NCBI RefSeq assembly: GCF_001194135.2
Contig: NC_068983.1
Span: 16,215,200 to 16,279,199, forward strand
Length of the DNA: 64,000 bases
Source of the DNA: Octopus bimaculoides
Lineage: Eukaryota
Direction of reading: 5' to 3'
Shown: positions 13,729 to 26,962 of the stretch, one piece after another
Numbering within the stretch: position 1 is the first letter of the stretch
How the letters are laid out: each line of letters begins with the position of its first letter
Translations under genes and position numbers: made by a program
The notes under the pieces: model-generated
What the model was told of the DNA's origin: nothing
Database searches by the model: none
What the model saw: the letters and a program-made list of their open reading frames with translations, nothing else

Positions 13729-16182
13729 TTGTGTCCACACATATTTAAATGTACTTGTTATAAGCATGTATGTTTTAAAAATTATTATTTGTGCATTTCT
13801 TTTAACCATTATCATTTGTAGTAGTAGTCCAAGTTTGTCCACCCTCTCACCCTCAACAAACATCATTACCTGAAAACTACTCAGCAATGAATTCATCTCT
13901 CTACGACCAGAGTCAACCTGTTTAGTTTTGAATTTTATGGTCTGTTTTATGTAGTTTTGCTTTTTTAAATTTTGTTTTACCCGTTTTAATACCTTTGCTC
14001 CAACAACATTTCTAACTCTAGCATTAGAGAGTTGAACAAAACAACCAGTCGACTATTTTTGTGCATTTTGTTGTTGTTGTTGTTGTTTGTCATTTGTTTC
14101 CAAAAGCAAAGAGAAAACAAAGCAAAGCATTGCTTGTTTGTTGGCTTATTTTCATTCATACAGCCATATATATGGATATGTGTGTAGCATATATTCGAGA
14201 AGGAAATCGAAACACTTTAAACAAAAAATAAAAAATAAAACATGACTAATGATGAGATTTCTTTTGGTAAGGTGTGGTTACCATCAAATGACTCAGCCCT
14301 CGTTTTATAACTAGTATTTGAATTATCTCTGTTTCTCTAGGAGAATAAAAGAAGTTTGATGTAGAATTTTATCAACTTCCTAATCTTAGTGAAGTTTTGA
14401 GTTAATAACATATTGACATACCATTTATTTTTGAAGGAATCATTATAAATTTTGTATGAAAAGAAAAACCACAAAATGATGTTTAGAAGCTAGGGGGAAA
14501 AAAAATTCAATTATTCATACATCAATAGTAAAACATTATTTTCCCCACCCCTCCACCTCCACATTTCTTTAACTTAATTGTGCACCAAGAAAGAACGTTC
14601 AGAGAATGTCAAATAATATAGGAATAAGATTAATGTCATTTAAAAAGAAAATGCTTAAAAATAAATTCGGTAATCATCAGGTAAAATCTTGTTTAAAGCA
14701 AAACTAGAGATAATGAAACAGTAACAATGAAGATTAATGAGAAAAGGTGAAAATAATAAAAAGTGAATGCAAGAAAATAACAGTAAGAATTTAAAGTTAG
14801 CTTCAATAGGTATGTAATAGCAAAAACTGAGGGTTTACTGTCAATGTTATAGTAGTTTACTGTAGCTGACTTAATAAATTATCTGGCTTCAGTGTTGAGC
14901 CAAGTATTTCTGATAATATTTCTTTCTGAATTACATATAATTTCCCCATCCAACATGGCTTGAATAGGTCCACAAATCCAAAGGTTTACAAGAATTTTAA
15001 AAGCAAGATGAATGCCCTTAACAGAGGTTAAAATTTGCAAGGTATAACTTGGAAGACTTAAGCCAACCATTTCTAAAAACTTAATACAAAATATATGATA
15101 AAAATTGAACCCAGCCTGAACACTTACATACAATGATAACCAAAATGACTCTTGTTTCAAACATAGAACAATAACATGTTACTTTAGCAAGTGTAGATCA
15201 ACTCAGGACATTATGAACCAAATATTCACTAGAAGAATAATGACAGAAAACTGAATTTATCATGTTTGCTGTTACAATTATTATTATTATTATTATTATT
15301 ATTATCATTATTATTAATAGTATGATAACAGCAATTGTTGCTGTTTTCAATAAAATGTAAGATTTATGTTTTATCTCTAAACTTTGAAATTTAATAAACA
15401 TTTGCCCAAAGGTTAGAAAACAACATTTCATTTTAAACTGTAAACAAAATTCTTCTCAAAGGTCACAACAAAACTCTGTGCGAGTCATAAACAATATTTT
15501 TTTTTCCATAAACAAAACACAGTTTGGATGTTAAATAAAATATGAAATAGTAACAAAAGTTGGATTGAAATACAGCTTTCCCTTTGGTCTAACTCAAATA
15601 TCAACCATTAGAGAAGTATCTCATTCTCCAAGCATAGAATAAAGCCAATAAGCTTGTTAAGCTACGGCTTTACATTTCATCACAATATTTTCTCAGTATG
15701 AACAGACTGACTCTCATCTAGGTCCTAATATCTCTAGAAACTCCAAAGATGTTCTCATCTCAAACCTATCTGGATCATCACAACACACATAGTTATCTCC
15801 TTCCTGTTACCACTATTGTCTGACTTTAAAAAACAGCAATAAACTAGTTTGGAACCCATTTGGTAACATATCCCCATTATCACAATCTCCCAAAAGCCTG
15901 AAATAATTTTGATCACATGAAGCTAACTTTTCTAGTTATTTATTGTCTTCTCTAGGAAGGACTCAACAAGGCAATAATGGACCTGACTCTAGGCAATGAT
16001 GGAACAGGCTCTCTAACAGTGGAATCCCAACAAGAAATGGGACCAACACATAACAGCATGTAATGAAACACAGAAACTGCATATGAAATGATGCGTGTAT
16101 ATCAACACAAATTATGGCATGCAAAAATTAATGAATACATGAAGGGCAAAAATGAACAAACTTGCCAATGGAAACATTATAA

Positions 16183-16236
<54 letters not shown>

Positions 16237-16949
16237 TGAGTGAGTGGGTAGATGGGAAAGAGGTAGAAGAAAATTCTTTGAAATCGGATAAAAAAGAAAA
16301 ACTTAAAAGGCTCCAGTGTCTTCTTTTTAAACAACTAAGTTTGAATTTTCCGAAAAGAAAAATTAAAACTTTAATTCATTTCTAAATTTGTTTTTAAACA
16401 AGTTGTTTTCATATTTTCTTCCATAATAATTGGAAATATGAGATACTTGAAATTTTTTTCTAGTTATTGTTCTTAAAATCAATCTTTCTTTAAATGATAA
16501 CAATTAAAATAAAGTTTTTTATTTTTTTTGATAATTAAAACAAACAATGAAGTCATCAACCAATATATTAAGAAAAGAGGTTCGTTATTACTTTATGAAA
16601 TTAAATATCCCACTTACAGCTTGGAAAATTGATTTTTAATATTGGTACACAGCCAAGAATAGTGGAGGGAGGATACAATAGAAGTTGATCCAAATATATT
16701 ACTGGTATTTATTTTATTGACACTGGAAAAAACAAAGTCGACCTCAATGGGATTTGAACTCAGACTATAAAGAAACATCACTAAATACTGGAAGCTATTT
16801 GATCCATATCTCTATGGTTTGTCCACACCACTTCACTCTTACAGCCTTGAATGTTGCAATGATTTCAGCATTGATTGAGTAAAAGAGACTAAGTATAGAA
16901 TGCAAAAGGGTAGCTAAAGAAAACCATTTTATTTTACTACATACTACAA

Positions 16950-17140
16950 AATAATCTACATGTTTTATCTTCAAATTAGCCAGATCTGGCCTCTCACACT
17001 TATTCTACAATATTATTTTGAAAACTAAAAATCATGTCATTGAAATATCAAAGCTACAAGGTAATGCATGACTAATTCATATCAGTGTGAATAAAAACGC
17101 ATTACATTTGACTGAGAAATCTGAATGCTAAAGGGTTAAA
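16950..17140 (+). mobile_element. piggyBac-type MITE family A copy (left end lost)
   Basis: gccagatctggcctctcacac ... ctgaatgctaaaagggttaa. Confidence 0.7.
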
Positions 17141-18819
17141 GACAAGAGGTAACACTTCACAGAATGTACTTAAAAGCAAAACAGCTTAAATTAGATCCCT
17201 TTTCTCTCACTAAACAGTACCGTAAAAAATTGGAAGTATATAATTTTATCTAGACAAAAAATACAGCTTGAAAACTCTGCCTTCATAGAATATATGTAAA
17301 GCAAATCAATTTAAATGAGATACCACCCACACTTTCCCTGTAGAACAATATATAAAAGAAACAGGAGGTATGTGATCTCATAATTGCAAGCTAACGAAGC
17401 AATTGTCAGTTACACAATGACCCTGAGGTTGGTAATGAAGTATTGCATATAGTGGTGTCCTGCATCACATCATAGCAACTATCTATTGAAGAGTGCACTG
17501 GGCACTTTGAGAATTCAGTGTTTTGGTCATAGCTACAGCACTGCTGCAGGTAATGGCAATGGTGTACAAACTGTTGACCTTTGATAATTTACCAACCTCT
17601 GACCCGTTGCTTTTAATAATAATTAGACGCATTCACTAACTTTTACAGAAACTGAAGGAAATAATAAACAATTGCAAAGATAATTCTTGTAGTGAAATAA
17701 CTGAGAGAAAAAATATTTAAGTTTTAAAACTTGCTCTTAAAATTTTAAAAAAAAAAAGGTTCATTTTAAGCTGCTTTCCCTGTTACAGTAAGAAATTTCT
17801 AATTTTGCTTAGTTCTTACGGAAGGACTTCATGCTTTTTTATTATTGTATTCTATGACCTGTCATAATGTTTCTATTTAGATTATAATAAATAAACTGGT
17901 TGGCTCAAAACATGTAGGGGAAGATAATGACACACTGAGTTCTTTGTTTTTAATTTTTCTGGTTTTGTTAATTTAACTGGCCATACTAGTGCATTGTATT
18001 TGCAATGAAAAGTATGTTGATCAGAGCAGGATTTGATCTCAGAAATATAATTAAATACCACAAGGTATTTTGGCCAATGCATAATAAATTCTATTATCCA
18101 CACGTGTATATCTATCTTGGATTCAATCTTACTGTGTGCACCTTGCACATGCTGGTCAGCTCATGTTGTGAATGTACCTGGTTACATGAGAACTGTGTAG
18201 AAACCTATTCAATGTATTCTAACTGTACTTCAAAGGGCCAGCCCTATCTCATAGTATCACTTTGATTTTGCCTGAGCATCACATTTATAGAATGTGTCTG
18301 TGGAATACTCAGCCACTTACACCGTAATTCAATAGATCTGTTCATTGAAAACTATAACCAGAATATTCAACATCGAAATCAATGTGAGGTCCATTTATTA
18401 TTACTATTATTATTTATTATTATTATTATTATTATCATCATATTCAAACAGATAATTTAATTCAAGCTTCATGGTGTAATAAAGAATTATTATTTCATAA
18501 TTTTATGAATATCAATCATGTTACTACTAAATTATATTAATAAATTAACTTTGAATTATCAGGATACAGGTTACCATAATGTAAAAAGGAACGAAAAACA
18601 AAATTAAGCATTTGGAAATACCCATACTTTGTCCAAACCTGTTTTATCTTAACCCAAACACCATTTTACAATACACAGTTCACAGCTTTACGTTGTCTAT
18701 TGGCAATAAGCCAGAGAGAAATAAAAATTATATATTATTATATCACATCAAGGTTTTACTGTTCCTCTATAAACACCATACAATAAAACAATTATTATAT
18801 CACAAGCCAATGATGGAAC

Positions 18820-19030
18820 ACTCCCATCCCAACGAGCAACCTGCCAGAATTAGCAGCCAATCTTTTTCTCAAATCATATCCTACAATCTTGAAAATGGAA
18901 GGAAACATCGGATAATGTCGTCCTACACACACTATGTCACAAAAAAAAAAAAAAACCCCAGAAAAGGTCAGGTCTGGAATACCTTTGATTTGCTGAATCA
19001 GGGTCTACTCTGGACAAAACAATAACAGCT
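18820..19030 (+). repeat. Dispersed repeat with (CAA)n-like end (probable shared SINE/LINE 3' tail)
   Basis: The gaattagcagccaatc..tcaaatcat..ggaatacctttgat motif recurs at about 11050-11205 and 44835-45000, split around the insertion at 56050-56500, and in reverse at about 32520-32720 and 41040-41380. Confidence 0.6.
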
Positions 19031-19578
19031 ATTATATCACACTCAAGTTTTGCTTTTACTTCTTGGCACTAAACAACAAAAACCCCATCCAAGGCCATCT
19101 TGGCAGCATTATAAGTCTCCTGGCAAATCAATGAACTGGACCCTATAGCATTTATTTATTTATTGACAGTAAGCCATAGCACACATAGATCAGAATTGGG
19201 ATGAGGTCCCGAGACCCATGAGGTCACAGGACAACAGCCCAGTGCCTCCATGCTTTAAGATAGCCCTGAATCCATCACCTCACAGCCAAGGTTTTCAACT
19301 GCACCATTGGGTGGCAGCAGATGAATGAATGAATAAATGAATGAAAACAATCTTCAGTTTTAACAAGAACTTAACAAAACAGAAATGTTAAAGACAATGT
19401 GAGCAGTTTGGAACAACAGACTATAATGGTATAACTGTGACTGCAGAGGAGTGGAACATAGATGGTGGGGGTGGGGGTAACAGCAAGAAATCCATGAAAA
19501 CATATCAAAATATTAAGATTATTACTTAAAACCAACCTTTACTGAAGTTATCAATTATAATATAAGAAGGATGGAGAT

Positions 19579-19805
19579 TTAACTCTTTAACATCTAAATC
19601 AGCCAGATCTAGCTTGAATATTTAAGCTGTTTTATGTTCAAATATATCATATTTGACTTCTCACACCTACTCTACAATATCTTTCTAAAATTAAACAATC
19701 ACATCATTGAAATCTCAAAGCCATGAGATATTGCATGATTAATTCAAAGCAATGTGAATAAATAAGCATTTCTTTTGACAGAGTTATCTGAATGCTAAAT
19801 GGTTA
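19579..19805 (+). mobile_element. piggyBac-type MITE family A copy (degenerate)
   Basis: ttaactctttaacat ... ctgaatgctaaatggtta plus internal similarity. Confidence 0.75.
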
Positions 19806-21147
19806 CGGAGTGGAGAGAGTAAAGAAAAGAAGAAAAGGATGTAAAAGACAGAAGAGAAAGAATAGAAATGAAAGATACATGAAAGCAAGAGTAAAGAGAG
19901 GAAGATAAGATGATAGATAAAAGATTATAAATAAGAGGAGAAGGAAGAGAGAGAGAGAGAAAGAAAGAAAGAAAGACTTACATGTAAAGTGAAAGCAAGC
20001 ATAAAAAAAAATAAAAAGAAACAGAAGCACTCAGATAATGACAAAATGTTCCAGTTTTGTGATTTGTTTTAATAAAGATAGTATTGAAAATAAATTTAAA
20101 GTGGTGTAACAGAATAAATGGTCTTCTACAAATATTATTAGAGATAATAATAACAGTGTCTGATTTAGGCACAAGGCCAGCACAGTTTCAAAGGGGAGTG
20201 AGTTGTTTAGTCAATGCCATCAACCCCAATATCTGACAGACACTTTATTTTATCAACCTTAGAAGAATGAAAGGTAAAGTTGGCCTCAGCAGGATTTGAA
20301 CTCATAATGTAAGGAGCTGAAAGAAATACCACAAAGCATTTCTTCTGATATTTTAATGATTCTGCCAATCTACTGCCCTCCACTGCTCTCAATAATGATG
20401 ACAATGATTGTTAATATTGGAACAAGACTGCATATTTTGAGAGAGAGGGAGCTATTGATTATGTTCTGAGTTAAAAGTCTACCAATGTCAACTCGGCTGT
20501 CATCCTTCAGTTGTTAGCAAAATAAAGTAGCAGACAATCAGTGGGGTTTGATCTGAGTGAAATTATTAACAGATGACAAAGAGATTATACTGACCCTTGT
20601 ATCTGACTAGCTGTGCCTTATTTTATCAGCCTATCACCAGAAAGGATGAAATGTAATGCTGAACCTTGTTGAGATATACAACTTTTCTATGAAAATATAT
20701 AGTTTCTAAGAGAAGCAGAAGGTCACAGATACTCTGTGAGACTACTCTCAATTATACTAACCCCAGTACATTGCTGGTGTTTTATTTTATCAATCCTAGA
20801 AAGATGAAAGGTAAAGCTAACCTCAGTGAGATTTTAAACTCAGGCTGTTAAAGGCCATAGCTAAATACTGCATGGGGCATTCTATCCAGCAATTCTGACA
20901 TAATAAATAATAATTCTTTCTACTATAGGCACAAGACCTGAAATTTGGGGGTAAGGATTAGGTTGATTACATTGACCCCAATGCTTAACTGATATTTATT
21001 TAATCGACTCTGAAAGGATGAAAGTCAACAATAATAATAATTTCTAATTTAGGGACAAGGTCAGCAAAATTGGGGTAGGGGGCATATCAAAACTATCAAC
21101 AATGGAACTAAACTACAACTTTACTTTATTGACCCCCAATAAATTTA

Positions 21148-21178
<31 letters not shown>

Positions 21179-21391
21179 CCTTTCTATTATAGGCACAAGG
21201 CCTGGAATTTGGGGGGAGAGGAAGTCGGTTACATCAACCACAGGATTCAACTGGTACTTATTTTATCGACCCCCAAAAGGATGACAGATAAAGTTGACCT
21301 CAGCAGAATTTGAACTCAGAACATAAAAACAGACAAAATTCCACGAAGTATTTAGTCCAGTGTGCTAACAATTCAACTAGTTCACTACCTT
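21179..21391 (-). mobile_element. tRNA-derived (ATT)n-tailed SINE with Meta-like central domain
   Basis: The minus strand reads B-box ctgagttcaaattctg, then ctttatctgtcatccttttgggggtcgataaaataagtaccag, then ccttgtgcctataatagaaag(att)n. The Meta-domain resemblance is from memory. Confidence 0.75.
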
Positions 21392-23543
21392 AATAACAAC
21401 AACAACAACAATAATTATTTTTAACAAACAGGAGGCTAGATACTGGAGAGGATGAGGTTGGTTGGTTAAATTAATACCAGAATTTGAATGTCTTTTTTTT
21501 TTATTGATTTGATCCCCAGAAGATTGAAAGGCAAAGTGGACCTAAGTAAGATTTGAACTCCGAATATAAAGGGCCAGAAAAAAATTACTTAGAAAAATAA
21601 TAATCAAATTACACTTCATTTTTCTTTTCATCTTGTCTCTCCAGTTCTTCAAATTGTTGCAGAGATAGCAAGATTAACAACGCAACAAATCTTAGAATTT
21701 CCAAAAGTTTTCGGGAAAATAAATAAATTAATAAATAAATAAAATTAATAACAAAAATTAAATATGCTCTAGAAAATTTGATATTGTCAAAACAAAACTA
21801 TGTGATATTACTCAAGGAAAATCAGGATCATGCCAAATACTTTCTCCATAAGCTTTTCCAAACTATATCACATTGGAAAGAATTCATCACATGAAATGAG
21901 AGGCTAAGATTTTCAGATTTACTTTACATCTGTGTATCTTCTTTAGATTTGTTCTATTTGTCTAACAACAGAAGAGAATGATAATGCCAACATTATTTAG
22001 GAGCTCTATAGTGGCAATGTTGAAAGAGGTCAGCTCTATCTAAATCAAACATAGGTAACCTTTATCAAGAAGTGGGCCAAATAAGACATGGGTCACTGTC
22101 AGGTGGGCTGCACTAGTAAAAAAATTCAATGTAAGTTTTCATTAGGCATGCCATTCAGAAAGTCCCATGGGCTACAGTTTGCTTATGACTGATCTAAACA
22201 ATGGAGAAGGTTCCTCTAATAAGGGAGATAAGTTATTGACAGAGAACCTCCTTTATTAAGTACATACATAATGTGTGTATACACACACACACACACACAC
22301 AACACACGAAAGAAAATGGATCTCTGTTGGTTTCAACCAAGAATGTTTAATATCTTGTAATTTGACCAACTGAAACTACTTGTTCATTGAGTTAGTGGCA
22401 CATTCCACAGACAATTGTGCCCGTAATGTATTTCTTAGAATCAGTGTAACAAAGCCAGACTTTTAAATTACAGGTACAATACATCCAATGGGCTCCCCCA
22501 GTTTTATTTACTAATCTTGGGATGAACTGGGTCTCTGGTAAAAGACACATGCCTAAGATGCCATGCAGTGGGATGAAACCTGAGACCTTGTTATTGCCAA
22601 GCAAACTTCTTAACTATTCAACCATGCATGTTGCATGTACTTGTTCACTTCATCTACCATGTATGAATGTATGTATGCCTGAGTAACTCTATTGTAATTG
22701 CATACACGTATGTATAACAGTTAAAGTACAGATGTACAGAAATTGGAAAATTAAGTCTATAGAAAAATTGCCACTAATGAGCATCATTAATTATTCATTG
22801 AAGAAAGATAAAAAGAAATTTTTAAAATGAGAAGAAGGTGTGGGGGTTAACAAAAAAGAGCATACAAGTTTTTAACAGTTTTGGTAGATTTTTTTTTTCC
22901 TGATTTGAAATACAACATAGGTAGAACATGCAATAAATGCCATTTCTTGTAATACCTTTTGGGCTAGTTTTTGTTTTGTCACTTTTTGTCCCTTTTTGTT
23001 GTTATTGGTGTTATCTTTTTTAAACTACAAACAGAGAGAAAAAATAATAATAAAAACAAAATTTTCAAATTCTCATCACTAAACAAAAACAATTCCTGAG
23101 AATGGTAGTTTTTGTTTTTTTTTTAATTATATCTCTTTTTGTATCTTTTTTAAAAATCTCGACCATGTCAAGTATTTAATTAGAAAATAAAAATAAAAAT
23201 AAAAATAAAAATATAAATAAAATAAAACAAGAAACAAAGAAATAATTCCCATTTTGGTTTCAGCAACAAAAAAAAAACCCCATCTATAAAGTTAACATTC
23301 GAAATAAACCTCTTCTCTCATTTAGAAACAAGTATTATAACTTATGGAAGTTTTAAATATAATTATATAATTAATACTAAGATGAAATAAACCTTAATGA
23401 CCTCCTCCTCCATTACTGAAATGCTCACATCACGAACACAAGAGATATGTTGAAAGAGATACACAAATCTACTACTTGGTTATTTTACTCATATGTGTTA
23501 AAACAACTAAAAGAAACCCCGCTTTTAAATTAACAGCATTATC

Positions 23544-23583
<40 letters not shown>

Positions 23584-23809
23584 TTTACTTCTCAGAGCTC
23601 TTGATCTTACTTGCTCCAGTTAATCCTGTGAGAGCTGACAGCAACCTGTTATCAAAGGTCTCGTTATTGTTGTTGTTGTTGGTGGTGGTGGTGTTGTTAG
23701 TATTACCATTATCATCACCATGAAATATCTTCCAGGGTTAATTCCAAATTAATATGATAATGGTATGGCTCCAGTACTCCTTGCAGCAGAACTATTTATT
23801 CAAGGCTTT

Positions 23810-23858
<49 letters not shown>

Positions 23859-23959
23859 CATACATACATACATATATATATACATACATATATATATATA
23901 TATACATACATACATATATATATATACACATATATACACATACATACATATATATATAT

Positions 23960-24697
23960 NNNNNNNNNNNNNNNNNNNNNNNNNNNNNNNNNNNNNNNNN
24001 NNNNNNNNNNNNNNNNNNNNNNNNNNNNNNNNNNNNNNNNNNNNNNNNNNNNNNNNNNNNNNNNNNNNNNNNNNNNNNNNNNNNNNNNNNNNNNNNNNNN
24101 NNNNNNNNNNNNNNNNNNNNNNNNNNNNNNNNNNNNNNNNNNNNNNNNNNNNNNNNNNNNNNNNNNNNNNNNNNNNNNNNNNNNNNNNNNNNNNNNNNNN
24201 NNNNNNNNNNNNNNNNNNNNNNNNNNNNNNNNNNNNNNNNNNNNNNNNNNNNNNNNNNNNNNNNNNNNNNNNNNNNNNNNNNNNNNNNNNNNNNNNNNNN
24301 NNNNNNNNNNNNNNNNNNNNNNNNNNNNNNNNNNNNNNNNNNNNNNNNNNNNNNNNNNNNNNNNNNNNNNNNNNNNNNNNNNNNNNNNNNNNNNNNNNNN
24401 NNNNNNNNNNNNNNNNNNNNNNNNNNNNNNNNNNNNNNNNNNNNNNNNNNNNNNNNNNNNNNNNNNNNNNNNNNNNNNNNNNNNNNNNNNNNNNNNNNNN
24501 NNNNNNNNNNNNNNNNNNNNNNNNNNNNNNNNNNNNNNNNNNNNNNNNNNNNNNNNNNNNNNNNNNNNNNNNNNNNNNNNNNNNNNNNNNNNNNNNNNNN
24601 NNNNNNNNNNNNNNNNNNNNNNNNNNNNNNNNNNNNNNNNNNNNNNNNNNNNNNNNNNNNNNNNNNNNNNNNNNNNNNNNNNNNNNNNNNNNNNNNN
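23960..24697. other. Assembly gap (N run)
   Basis: Run of N, flanked by (TA)n on both sides. Confidence 1.
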
Positions 24698-24736
<39 letters not shown>

Positions 24737-25290
24737 TATACATATATATGTATATATGAAACTAGTTAGTGTATCACAGAGCTGAGCTGACATCTGGACT
24801 GATATTGACTCTCTGACTGACCAATTGACCATTTGTTACACGTAGAGAGGAATCTCAGTTTGGCCTTTAGAAAATATTTGGAAAAAAAAAATAATTATCA
24901 TATCGTTTTTTTGTACACTATTTACATGGAAGTGGAGAAAAAAAATATATATTTGCTAAAATCATGCAGTACAGCACTGAATAAATAATTGGAGGAGAGT
25001 GGAGGTTAAATAACCAAGGAATTAATGGATTAAACACAAACGTTTTATATGCATGTATGTATATAAATATGTGTGTGTTAGTGTGCATATTATATGTGGG
25101 TGTAGTGGTGTGTACATAGGTATTTCTATATATACATGTACATGTGTATGTACATATACATGCATATACAAATAGAGACATATACACATATGTATGTAAG
25201 TATATTTGTATAATGCTGGTGACTCACTGTTACTACTCAGAGTTTCGCACTCAATATGTTATCCCCCTGGCAACAACATACGCATGTGTA

Positions 25291-25336
<46 letters not shown>

Positions 25337-26023
25337 CACACACACACACACATACAAATACACACACACATACACACATTCAGAGACTAAAACAGTGTAA
25401 AAAGCTACAATGTAAAAACCTACAGTAATGTCCTTCTTAAAGAAAAAAAACAAATCCATAAAAAAAAAAATTAAAAAAATAATAATAATAATAATAATAT
25501 TAATGGAAAATATTATATTAAAAATCTGTAATATAATATGCAACAATATATATATTTTCTTTTTGGCTCATATTTGGTATCCAGTCTTCATGTGGGACAA
25601 GGAGTAAGACTTTTGTACTCTGCTGCAATGGGTGTATCTACCAGATGCAAAGAGTCTTATAAAAAGTAATAATTTGAGAATTTAAAAAAAAAAAAAAAAA
25701 TGACAAATAACAGAAAAAGAGAGAAAAAAAACTATGTGAAATTTGAAATAGGAACAAAATAAATATTAACATCATAAATGAGAGTTTGTTTTTAACTTAA
25801 AAAGTTAAAATAAATTATTGTTATTATTACAATAGGGCTGTTGAACTTAAGCTATGTGGGAGAAACTCCTGCTTTCTTTTTTTTAGAAATTTTACTATGT
25901 TTGTTTGTTTCAGTTAGTTTTCCTTGGAAAGTGTGTTTTACATAACTGTGGGAGAACATTATCAACAAAAGAAAATATCCTGCTTTGATTTTTTTTTAGT
26001 GTGTGTTTGTGTCTTTGTTGTTT

Positions 26024-26232
26024 TTACTGTTGCTCTACTTTAGCTCTTTTAGCGAGGCAATTTCCCCCTTCCATGTGTTTATCGAGGTTCTTAGGAGTCA
26101 CAAACCCTTCTCCGCAGTGAGGGCATTCATTCCTGGACTTGAGCATATGGATTTGTGATTTCATGTGGCGATTCAGATCTGACTGAGTTACACCTTTGTA
26201 ATTGCACAGCTTACAGCAGAATTCACGAATAC
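26024..26232 (-). CDS. ZF gene terminal coding exon F (209 nt): finger 11 (H-x5-H) and finger 12 (C2HC), stop
   Basis: Long pyrimidine tract ending ctctgtgttctgcag|GTATTC (phase 1). Reads GIREFCCKLCNYKGVTQSDLNRHMKSQIHMLKSRNECPHCGEGFVTPKNLDKHMEGGNCLAKRAKVEQQ*, with TAA at 26026-26024. Not in the ORF track. Confidence 0.9.
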
Positions 26233-26319
26233 CTGCAGAACACAGAGAAAGAAAGAGACAGACAGAAACATGAATGAGCTGTAACTAAATGAGAATTTGA
26301 ACAAGAGGAGGAAACACAC

Positions 26320-26547
26320 TAACTCTTTAACATTTAAACCAGCCATATCTGGACCAAATATTCTACCTGTTTTTATGTTCAAACCAGCCAGATCCAACCT
26401 TTCACGTATATCCTACAAGGTCATTCCAAAAATACACAATCATGTCATTGAAATTTTGAAACTACAAGATAGTGCATGACTAATTCAAAACAATGTGAAT
26501 AGATAAACATTGCATTTGACACAGTAATCTCAATGCCAAATGATTAA
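26320..26547 (+). mobile_element. piggyBac-type MITE family A copy (degenerate termini)
   Basis: Internal similarity (aaaccagccatatctgg..aaatattctacctg..gccagat..catttgaca) to 34282-34509. Confidence 0.75.
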
Positions 26548-26553
26548 TATATA

Positions 26554-26716
26554 GGCATAGGAGTGGCTGTGTGGTAAGTAGCTTGCTTACGAACCACATG
26601 GTTCTGGGTTCAGTCTCACTGTGTGGTACCTTGGGCAAGTGTTTTCTGCTATAGCCTCGGGCCGACCAAAGCCTTGTGAGTGGATTTGGTAGACGGAAAC
26701 TGAAAGAAGCCCGTCG

Positions 26717-26761
<45 letters not shown>

Positions 26762-26962
26762 TTGTGTGTCTGTGTTTGTCCCCCCACCATCGCTTGACAA
26801 CCGATGCTGGTGTGTTTAAGTCCCTGTAACTTAGCGGTTCGGCAAAATAGACCGATAGAATAAGTACTAGGCTTACAAAGAATAAGTCCTGGGGTCGATT
26901 TGCTCGACTAAAGGCGGTACTCCAGCATGGCCACAGTCAAATGACTGAAACAAGTAAAAGAG
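26554..26962 (+). mobile_element. tRNA-derived SINE with CORE-like segment and internal (TA)/(TG) microsatellite, full length
   Basis: A-box-like tggctgtgtggtaag, B-box-like ggttcagtctc, CORE-like accttgggcaagtg, and tail ...gactgaaacaagtaaaagag. Similar copy at 61814-62140; reverse partials at about 28565-28735, 22540-22620 and 13535-13600. Confidence 0.8.

Noticed and set aside
13849-13896. Minus-strand micro-exon ending TTTCAG|gtaatg
   Set aside because: The upstream acceptor is A-rich and there is no partner exon.
3121-24832. Long ORFs spanning N runs and [16 protein letters not shown] ORFs
   Set aside because: Artifacts of assembly gaps and microsatellites.
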